From contig NZ_BAPT01000006.1 in NCBI RefSeq assembly GCF_025995235.1, forward strand, positions 122,976-146,975: a stretch of DNA of 24,000 bases, given 5' to 3'. This DNA comes from Ameyamaea chiangmaiensis NBRC 103196. Lineage in GTDB: Bacteria > Pseudomonadota > Alphaproteobacteria > Acetobacterales > Acetobacteraceae. The stretch's first letter is position 1; each line of letters starts with the position of its first letter. The position numbers and the translations under genes were made by a program. The notes beneath the pieces were generated by a model that saw only the letters and a list, made by a program, of their open reading frames with translations, searched no databases and was not told where the DNA came from. Positions 17,092 to 24,000 of the stretch are shown piece after piece.

Positions 17092-17181
17092 GCACGACCG
17101 ACCATAAAGCCCCGCGCGGCGGTGACAAAGCCCGATCGCGCACGCATCATGGCCCCCGCGCGGCAAATGGACGGAGAGCAC

Positions 17182-19272
17182 ATGCGGGCGGCAACACTGG
17201 TTCTGGTTCTGGCACTGTCCGCCGGGGGGGCCGCGCACGCGGCCGAGCATCCGGCCCTGATGCCCATGCCGCGCTCGGTCGTCTGGCATGACGCCGCAAT
17301 CGCCGCACCGCACGGTGTGACGATCGTCTGGGACGCGGAGCGGTCGCCGCTCCTGGATCAGGCCGGCCAACGCTTTCTGACCCGCCTTGTCGCCTTGGGC
17401 GGTTCCGCGCGCGACGGCGGCCCCCCGCTGACCGTCCATGTGACGACACGCCACGATCCGTCGTTCCTGACGCTGGCCGCACGCGAGCATTACACGCTCG
17501 ATGTGCAACCCGGCGCCATCCGCATCGCCGCCGATGGCGAAACGGGCGTGCTGCGCGCGTTCGCGACACTGCTGCAGATGATCCAGCGCGGACCGGGTGG
17601 CGTGTCTTTCGCCGGCGCGTCGATCGACGATGCCCCACGCTTTGCCTGGCGCGGGTCGATGGTCGATTCCGCGCGGCACTTCATGCAGGTGGCAACCCTG
17701 AAACGGCATCTCGATGCAATGGAGATGACGAAACTCAATGTCCTGCACTGGCATCTGAGTGACGGCGCGGCGTTCCGCATCGAAAGCCTCCGCTTCCCGC
17801 GCCTGCAGGCCGTCGGCGGCCACGGTGAAGTCTACACCCGCGCCCAGATCCGCGACATCGTGGCCTACGCACGGGACCGCGGCATCCGCGTGGTCCCGGA
17901 GATCGACGTGCCGGGCCATACGCTGGCGATCCTGCAGGCCTACCCGGCGTTGGCCGCCCACACGCCCGACGACGCCGACGCGCGTCATGCCAACCTGCCG
18001 GCGATGGACCCCACCAATCCGGCTACTCTTACGTTCGTGACGCAGCTTTTCGCCGAAACCGAAAGCCTGTTTCCCGATCGGTACGTCCACGCCGGCGGGG
18101 ACGAGGTCCAGCCGAAACAATGGACCGGCAACCCCGCGATCATGGCGTTCATGAAGGCGCATGGTCTGGCAACACCACAGGCCCTGCAGGCGACGTTCAC
18201 CAACGCCGTCGCCGCGATGCTGTCACGTCAGGGCAAGATCATGATCGCCTGGGACGAGGTTTCCGAATCCCCTCTCCCCCGCGACGTCGTGGTGCAGGCA
18301 TGGCGGTCGTCGAAGTTCGTGGCGTCCGCCACGGCGGCCGGGCACCCGGTGATCGTCTCCGCCGGCTACTACCTTGATCTTCTGCAACCCTCCGCCGACC
18401 TTTATGCCGTGGACCCGCTCGATCCACGCGCCAGCGGCCTCACGCAGGCGCAGGCCGATCGGATACGGGGTAAGATGGGCCCGCTGGTCGACGCCTTTAC
18501 CCGCGACCCCACGGCGACCCTGTCGTCCGCGCAGGCGACGCTTGTTCTGGGGGGCGAGGCACCGCTCTGGGCGGAAATCGTCTCCGACGCCATGATGGAG
18601 TATCGGATGTGGCCGCGTATGGCCGCCTTGGCCGAACGCTTCTGGTCCCCCGCCACACAGGCCGACACGGCCGACATGCTCGACCGGCTGCCGGCGATAG
18701 AGGACACGTTGTGCCGCGCGGGTTTGCAGGCCGACGCAAACCATGCACGCGAGATCGCGCTTCTGTCACCCGACCGGCCGGACCCGATTCGTATCCTGGC
18801 CGATGCCACCAGCCCGGTGCGCTATTACGCCCACAACCTGCATCGCCCGGCCGGCCAGCCCGCCGTGCTGGACACCCTGGCCGACGTCGCCCAGCCCGAC
18901 GCGCTGGCAGCCGTCCGGTTCAACCGTCTGGCCGTTGCCTATCGCGCGGGCGATCATGCACTCGCGCCCCAACTACGCGCACAGTTGACGCAGTGGCACG
19001 ACAACGATGACGCGATCCGTGCCCTCGCCGCCAGCCATCCCGCCCTTCAAAACACCTTGATGGCATCGGCAGCGTTGCGCGACCTGGCTCAGGTCGGTCT
19101 CGACGCGCTGGCGGGACACGCGCCGACACCTCAGGCACACGCCCTGCTTGCACGGATGGACGCCGACCATGCGGCCTCGGCGAACATGAGTGCCAGCATG
19201 ACCTCGGCCCAGCCGGCCGGTGACCTTCTGGTGGAAATCGCGCCCGGGATCCGTGCCCTCGCCGGACTCTGA
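17182..19272 (+). CDS. Secreted GH20 beta-N-acetylhexosaminidase
   Basis: Signal peptide MRAATLVLVLALSAGGAAHA/AE. DDAPRFAWRGSMVDSARHF, LNVLHWHLSD, EIDVPGH and HAGGDEV (catalytic D-E pair) are GH20 hallmarks. GGAGAG lies upstream of ATG 17182; ATG 17149 or 17167 are alternative starts. Confidence 0.9.
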   Translation: MRAATLVLVLALSAGGAAHAAEHPALMPMPRSVVWHDAAIAAPHGVTIVWDAERSPLLDQAGQRFLTRLVALGGSARDGGPPLTVHVTTRHDPSFLTLAAREHYTLDVQPGAIRIAADGETGVLRAFATLLQMIQRGPGGVSFAGASIDDAPRFAWRGSMVDSARHFMQVATLKRHLDAMEMTKLNVLHWHLSDGAAFRIESLRFPRLQAVGGHGEVYTRAQIRDIVAYARDRGIRVVPEIDVPGHTLAILQAYPALAAHTPDDADARHANLPAMDPTNPATLTFVTQLFAETESLFPDRYVHAGGDEVQPKQWTGNPAIMAFMKAHGLATPQALQATFTNAVAAMLSRQGKIMIAWDEVSESPLPRDVVVQAWRSSKFVASATAAGHPVIVSAGYYLDLLQPSADLYAVDPLDPRASGLTQAQADRIRGKMGPLVDAFTRDPTATLSSAQATLVLGGEAPLWAEIVSDAMMEYRMWPRMAALAERFWSPATQADTADMLDRLPAIEDTLCRAGLQADANHAREIALLSPDRPDPIRILADATSPVRYYAHNLHRPAGQPAVLDTLADVAQPDALAAVRFNRLAVAYRAGDHALAPQLRAQLTQWHDNDDAIRALAASHPALQNTLMASAALRDLAQVGLDALAGHAPTPQAHALLARMDADHAASANMSASMTSAQPAGDLLVEIAPGIRALAGL

Positions 19273-19308
19273 GGGTACGCCCCCGCGCTTGACGGTCTCC
19301 GGTTCTTG

Positions 19309-21450
19309 TCAGAAGCGATAAGACAGGGTGACGAACGCTGCCCGCCCGGGAGCCCATGCGCAAGCTACCGAGCGGGTGCAGATCGCGACGTATTTCCGAT
19401 CTGTGATATTGGTGCCGTTGAACTGTACACGCAGCTTGCGATAATCCGCGTGGGCTTCAAGATCCCACACAAGCTGGCTGGGCACGGCAAATGTCTCCGG
19501 TAACGAACCGGCCGTGTTACCGGTGTAGCGCACACCGCCCCCAAGACCGACGGTCCACGCCGGCGTCAGGCGGACGTCGCGCGCCAGGAACAGCGACGCC
19601 ATATGCGATGGCACTACCACCGGACGCTGATTGAGTTGGGCCGCAACCGTTGTTTTCGTGATTCGCGGATCCTGCCATGTAAACGACGCGATGACGTCGA
19701 CCTTGCCGGGAAGCCGTCCCAGCCCTTCGAGTTCCAGCCCCCGCGTCCTCTGGGCACCGGTCTGGATACTGTATGTCGAATCCACGGGATCCGTGGTCAG
19801 GACATTGGTTTCCGTCAATGTGAACACGTCGGCCGTCAGAAGAATATCGCTGCCCCATGCGGCGCTCTGCGGCGGCCGGTATTTCACACCGGCCTCCACC
19901 TGGCGTCCGCGGGTCGGCACGAAAGGCGCGTTCAGGCGCGTGACGCCGACTTGCGGCTGGAAAGACGTGGAATACGCGGCATACGGCGCCAGCCCGATGG
20001 CGGACTGATACAGCAGGCCGGCACGACCGGTGAAAGCATTGTTCTTCTGCGGCGTGCTGACGCCATTGATATTGTTGACCGTCAGGCTCTGCGTGAAGTC
20101 TCCCCGGCCCGACAGGGTTAGATGAAAGCGGTGCCAGTCGGCCTGCTCCTGCGCATAAACACCGGTCTGGGTCTCGGTCTCATTGCTGTTTGTCCGGTTT
20201 GCATACGTTGGCCATGTGACACGACGATAGACCGGCGCATAGAGATCAATTGACGGCGCGGCGCCTTGTCCGCGACGGGACGCAATAAAATCGCTGCGGA
20301 AATCGACACCGAACAGAATATCATGACCGACAGGGCCGGTATGAAATGTTACTTCGGACCGCGTGTCGAGGGTCACATTGTTGTAGTTTCCCGATTGCAG
20401 CAGGGCCTGTCGTGTCAATGTGCGCAGATTGGCCTGCAGGGCATTGGCCGTGACGAATCGATAGGCGAGATCGAGATGCGCGTAACGCATGTTCTGCGTG
20501 ATCGTCCAGTTGGGCGTGATCTGGCGACGCAGCGCATAGCCGACTGCCGCCTGGCGCTTTGAATACACATCGAAATCCGCGTCGCTGCTGAGGAACGATC
20601 GCGCAATTCGACCGTACCGGGTGGCAAACACAGTGCCCTGCGCTGGCAGAAACTGTGCCGTCGAACCCGCATCAAGCTGCTCGAAACTGGCCAGAAACGT
20701 GACATCGGTCCGGCTGTCAGGCGCCCAGCGTACGGACGGCGCGACATAAATCTCGTTATTGAGAATATTCTTGGCGTAGGTATCCGATTTTCGGATCAAG
20801 CCATTGAACCGCCATAGCCATGTCCGGTCGCCGTCAAGCGCGCCGCCAATATCGGCGGCACCCTGCACGCGATTGTACGAACCGGTCTGGATCTGGACCT
20901 CGTCGTGCATATCAGCGCGCGGACGTTTGCTGACCGCATTGATGATGCCACCCAACTGCCCCGAACCATACAGGGCCGAGGTCGCGCCCCTCAGCACATC
21001 GATTTCCTCAAGCCCCCAGGGTTCGATGCTGAAGGACTGGGAGCTGGCGGCGTCGGGTGTACGCGTGCCATCGAGATAGATATCAGGCGAAAAGCCCCGT
21101 ATCGTTCCGAAATACCCGCGCGGATCGTCCTTGGAGCCGTAGTCGGACACGCCCGAGGCGTAGCGCACCGCGTCCGACACGCTGCGGCTGTTCAGAAGCG
21201 CCAGGCGCCCCTGGGTAATGACCGTCACGTTCTGGGGGGTGTCTTCAATCGGCGTCGCGGTCTTCGTCGCCGCCGTCGTGATGCCGGCCAGAAGGTGCCG
21301 ACGTGCCCCACGCACGTTCACCTCCTCGGTCGGAGGCTCGAGAAATGGTGTCGCATCCGTCGCGGCGGCGGACGGGTCGGCAGCGCGTGCGCCAGCATTG
21401 GGCGCCATCAAACCGCTCGACAACAGGACCAGCCATCCGATCCGCTTCAT
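19309..21450 (-). CDS. TonB-dependent outer-membrane receptor (siderophore-receptor-like)
   Basis: 713 aa with a signal peptide, a plug-domain segment (TATPIEDTPQNVTVIT...SVSDAVRYASGVS...IEPWGLEEIDVLRGATSALYG), a long beta-barrel region and the C-terminal LSYRF aromatic terminus. GGGGAG lies 7 nt before the ATG. Confidence 0.93.
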   Translation of the reverse strand: MKRIGWLVLLSSGLMAPNAGARAADPSAAATDATPFLEPPTEEVNVRGARRHLLAGITTAATKTATPIEDTPQNVTVITQGRLALLNSRSVSDAVRYASGVSDYGSKDDPRGYFGTIRGFSPDIYLDGTRTPDAASSQSFSIEPWGLEEIDVLRGATSALYGSGQLGGIINAVSKRPRADMHDEVQIQTGSYNRVQGAADIGGALDGDRTWLWRFNGLIRKSDTYAKNILNNEIYVAPSVRWAPDSRTDVTFLASFEQLDAGSTAQFLPAQGTVFATRYGRIARSFLSSDADFDVYSKRQAAVGYALRRQITPNWTITQNMRYAHLDLAYRFVTANALQANLRTLTRQALLQSGNYNNVTLDTRSEVTFHTGPVGHDILFGVDFRSDFIASRRGQGAAPSIDLYAPVYRRVTWPTYANRTNSNETETQTGVYAQEQADWHRFHLTLSGRGDFTQSLTVNNINGVSTPQKNNAFTGRAGLLYQSAIGLAPYAAYSTSFQPQVGVTRLNAPFVPTRGRQVEAGVKYRPPQSAAWGSDILLTADVFTLTETNVLTTDPVDSTYSIQTGAQRTRGLELEGLGRLPGKVDVIASFTWQDPRITKTTVAAQLNQRPVVVPSHMASLFLARDVRLTPAWTVGLGGGVRYTGNTAGSLPETFAVPSQLVWDLEAHADYRKLRVQFNGTNITDRKYVAICTRSVACAWAPGRAAFVTLSYRF

Positions 21451-21490
21451 GACACGCTCCCCGACAGACGCGCAGGGAGTTACACGAAAT

Positions 21491-21509
21491 GATAATAACT
21501 ATCAATAGC
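21491..21509 (-). promoter_or_regulatory. Fur-box-like operator upstream of the TonB-dependent receptor
   Basis: The minus-strand sequence GCTATTGATAGTTATTATC matches 15 of 19 positions of the classical GATAATGATAATCATTATC consensus by hand alignment. It sits 41-59 nt upstream of the receptor ATG, in a conspicuously AT-rich patch of the 80-bp nagA-receptor spacer. Confidence 0.5.
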
Positions 21510-21530
21510 AATACAAAGGAATGAGCGTGC

Positions 21531-22637
21531 TCAACCCCTGACACGCCGTCCGGCGACCCAGACTTCCACAACCGTCAATGATGCGTCGAGCACCACCAGA
21601 TCGGCCCGCTTGCCCGGTGCGATCACACCACGATCAGTAAGGCCGAGATAGGAGGCCGCATTGGTGCTGACCAGTTCGGCCGCTTTGGCCAAAGGCGTCC
21701 CGTGCGCCACAGCATTGCGCAGGGCCTGATCCAGCGTCAGCACGCTTCCGGCCAACGTCCCATCGGGCAGACGCGCGACACCGTCGCGCACCATGACGGC
21801 CTGCCCACCCAGCGAGCTGGGTCCGTCGCCCTGCCCCGTGGCGCGCATGGCGTCGGTGATGAACAGCAGACGCCGGTCCAGCACGCGGTGCGCCATGCGA
21901 AACGTCGCCGGATGGACGTGATGGGTGTCGAAAATCATCTCGGCATAGCCGGCATCATGACAGAACAGGGCGGCGACCGGCCCCGGGCGTCGTCCTTCGA
22001 TCGGGTTCATGGCATTGAACAGGTGCGTCAGGCCGACCGTGCCACCAGCCTCGCAGACACAACGCAACGCGCGCTCCGTCGTCTCAACGTCCGCGATCGT
22101 GTGCCCGAGACTGACCCGGACACCGGCCGCGGCAAAGCGGCGCATGGCGTCGTCGGCGTGCGGCAACTCCGGCGCAAGCGTGACCACGCGCACGACACCA
22201 GACGCGAGAACCTCGTCGATCCGATCGACGCTGGGGTCGAGCGCGAAGGGGGGCTGCGCACCCAACCGGTGAGGGCTGACGAAGGGACCCTCCAGATGCA
22301 CGCCCGGAATCGAGGGGCCGTCGGGATCATCGGTGCCCATCACCTCGCTCACGGCGCGAAGGGCGCTCATCACGTCCGTCCAGGGGCGCGTGATGGTCGT
22401 TGGCAGAAGCGTCGTCGTGCCGTGGGCGAGGTGAAACGCCGCGACTGCGCGCACTGCGTCCGCACCGTCCATTACGTCCGCGCCGCCGCCGCCATGGACG
22501 TGGGTGTCGATAAAGCCGGGCAGGATAAAACGGTCCGGCGCGGGAGCCGCGGCGATCGACTGGATCAGGCCATCGCGACAGGTCACATGACCGTCGATCC
22601 ATTTGCTTCCGGCCAGAATTCGTCCACTGATCTGCAT
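21531..22637 (-). CDS. nagA: N-acetylglucosamine-6-phosphate deacetylase
   Basis: LPGFIDTHVHGGGGADVMDG, HLEGPF, LAPE and THLFNAM are canonical NagA. The start was taken at 22637 (MQISGRIL); in-frame ATGs at 22664 and 22676 are alternatives. Confidence 0.9.
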   Translation of the reverse strand: MQISGRILAGSKWIDGHVTCRDGLIQSIAAAPAPDRFILPGFIDTHVHGGGGADVMDGADAVRAVAAFHLAHGTTTLLPTTITRPWTDVMSALRAVSEVMGTDDPDGPSIPGVHLEGPFVSPHRLGAQPPFALDPSVDRIDEVLASGVVRVVTLAPELPHADDAMRRFAAAGVRVSLGHTIADVETTERALRCVCEAGGTVGLTHLFNAMNPIEGRRPGPVAALFCHDAGYAEMIFDTHHVHPATFRMAHRVLDRRLLFITDAMRATGQGDGPSSLGGQAVMVRDGVARLPDGTLAGSVLTLDQALRNAVAHGTPLAKAAELVSTNAASYLGLTDRGVIAPGKRADLVVLDASLTVVEVWVAGRRVRG

Positions 22638-22710
22638 CGCCGCCCCCTGTCGAGCGGAAGCCATAATCCGGCGCACCCGTGTCTGTCCATGTCGCGCCTC
22701 CGGCGCGTGG

Positions 22711-24000
22711 TCAGATCGCGCGCAACCCGCGCGTTCGCACCTGGACGGAGGTCAGGATGATCTGTGGACAGGATTCGCCGCGATACAGGCCGCCAGGACG
22801 CGCGATACCGATGGCGACCGAGTCGTGGAAGTTCTGAAACCGTATGGTGCAGCTGATCGTGTTCTCGTTCAGGCATTCGACCGTGGCGGCGGCGTAGAAG
22901 CCGCCGGGCCGCACATGTCCGTCAAAGCCGATACGGCAGACGTGCCAACCGCCCCACATATTGATGTAGAACAGGTTGTCCGGATCGCCGACATTCTGGA
23001 CGACGGCGCTAAGTTCGACCTCGGCACAATTCAGGGCATCGTGCCGATAACGAATCAGGTGAAAGCGCTCTTCATCGCCCTCACCGATGATGATCCGGCC
23101 GTCGTCGTCCACCTCCGTCCATGCGCCGTCTTCATGGGCAGTCCAGTCGTCCGGGGCAATCGGCAGCACCTGCCACCCGGCCGAGGGCGGTACGCGCCCG
23201 GCGAGCAGGTCCGCGACCCACGCATCGGTGCGACGGAACAGCTCGCCGAACTGCTCCGACAGCGGCGTGCCGGTAAAAGGCATGGCGGGCAAATGCGCTA
23301 CATGGTCATCGTCTGTCGATCGGATGATGCCGTCGCGCATGCAGGAGAACGACGGAAAGCCGGGCTCGAGCTGTCCCTCCTGGATTTTACGGGCAATCAG
23401 CATGTTGCAGACGGACTGTTCGGGGCAGAACCAGCGATAGCCATCATGCGCCAACCCGTCGGCGGGCGGACGGATAAAGCGTTCCTGAAGGCACAGCGCA
23501 AGCCATTCTGTCAGGAAGCGTCGTCCACCCTCCGTATTCCGACAGATAACGAAATTAACAATAAGGTTTGGAAATGCGCGCGTGAAGGGTGTATCGAGCC
23601 CGATCTCCGTAATCTGGTGGAGATTGGAGAACGAGGTCGCCATCAAATCGTGATTCGGGCATTCGCGGCCGACGAAAAAATCCCGCTGTCCGAGGCAGGT
23701 CTGGATGATGTGCGGGCAATTTTCGACAAAGCCGCGCAGTTCAGTATGTTTTTTTATATTCGTATCGATGTAGACGACGATGTCGTCTTCCTTGAGATCG
23801 CGCGTGGCATGGAGCATCACGAACGGTTTCCAAGCGGCCAGGCCCAGATTGCTCAGCCCTGGGTTGAAAAACAGGTGGCTCGCAAAGTCTCCTTCATGCG
23901 AACGCACCGTCTCGTATGCCCCGAGCTGACGTAGCCTCGCGGGTGTGTAGGCATCGTAGGTATAGCCGTGCGACGCAATGACATCGGAAAGAATAAGCGC
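22711..24000 (-). CDS. Uncharacterised protein, N-terminus beyond the window; possible GT-A-like N-terminal half plus a beta-rich C-terminal domain
   Basis: The track lists it from GTG 23907, but hand translation shows the frame stays open to base 24000 (ALILSDVIASHGYTYDAYTPARLRQLGAYETVRSHEGDF...). AWKPFVMLHATRDLKEDDIVVYIDTNI and CPEQSVCNMLIARK loosely resemble nucleotide-sugar transferase motifs (WKP...YxD, DQS). GC is locally low: 42-45% on hand-counted lines 23521 and 23701. The functional call is weak. Confidence 0.6.
   Translation of the reverse strand, partial: ALILSDVIASHGYTYDAYTPARLRQLGAYETVRSHEGDFASHLFFNPGLSNLGLAAWKPFVMLHATRDLKEDDIVVYIDTNIKKHTELRGFVENCPHIIQTCLGQRDFFVGRECPNHDLMATSFSNLHQITEIGLDTPFTRAFPNLIVNFVICRNTEGGRRFLTEWLALCLQERFIRPPADGLAHDGYRWFCPEQSVCNMLIARKIQEGQLEPGFPSFSCMRDGIIRSTDDDHVAHLPAMPFTGTPLSEQFGELFRRTDAWVADLLAGRVPPSAGWQVLPIAPDDWTAHEDGAWTEVDDDGRIIIGEGDEERFHLIRYRHDALNCAEVELSAVVQNVGDPDNLFYINMWGGWHVCRIGFDGHVRPGGFYAAATVECLNENTISCTIRFQNFHDSVAIGIARPGGLYRGESCPQIILTSVQVRTRGLRAI

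Noticed and set aside
1-24000. Search by eye for CRISPR arrays, tRNA/rRNA genes, IS elements, transposases or integrases, and long direct or inverted repeats
   Set aside because: None were found. The only non-coding gaps over 200 bp (589-839 and 9730-9954) show no repeat-spacer periodicity and no tRNA-like cloverleaf sequence that I could recognise. A computational repeat or tRNA scan would be needed to be definitive.

Overview
This is a high-GC chromosomal segment (hand-counted about two-thirds G+C on sampled lines), probably from an alphaproteobacterium. That guess rests only on the hisB-DUF2628-hisH-hisA-hisF-hisE gene order. Most of the window is housekeeping: a UbiH-family monooxygenase coupled to a nitroreductase, a tightly overlapped his operon, mqo, a YhdH/AcuI-type reductase, a divergent ArnT-like/LpxO-like envelope pair, a secreted M1 peptidase, and an amino-sugar cluster (anmK, GH20 hexosaminidase, TonB-dependent receptor with a Fur-box-like site, nagA). 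Two lower-GC patches sit at the window edges. At the left (1-~1600) is a vapB-vapC toxin-antitoxin pair followed on the same strand by an ORF that runs off the window. That ORF is absent from the supplied track, and its motifs look TIR-like / nucleoside-2-deoxyribosyltransferase-like. This is the best candidate for part of a defence or accessory system, but only its edge is visible. At the right (22711->24000) is a large uncharacterised ORF, also running off the window, with local GC dips to about 42-45%. Other points worth checking are an in-frame GNAT-HisA fusion, a histone-H1-like Lys/Ala/Pro-rich N-terminal extension on HisE, and a duplicated GC palindrome in the anmK/GH20 divergent promoter. 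I saw no rRNA, tRNA, CRISPR array, transposase or integrase. Many long ORFs in the track are antisense or shadow ORFs typical of high-GC DNA and were rejected. All family assignments come from motif recognition by eye; no database search was run.
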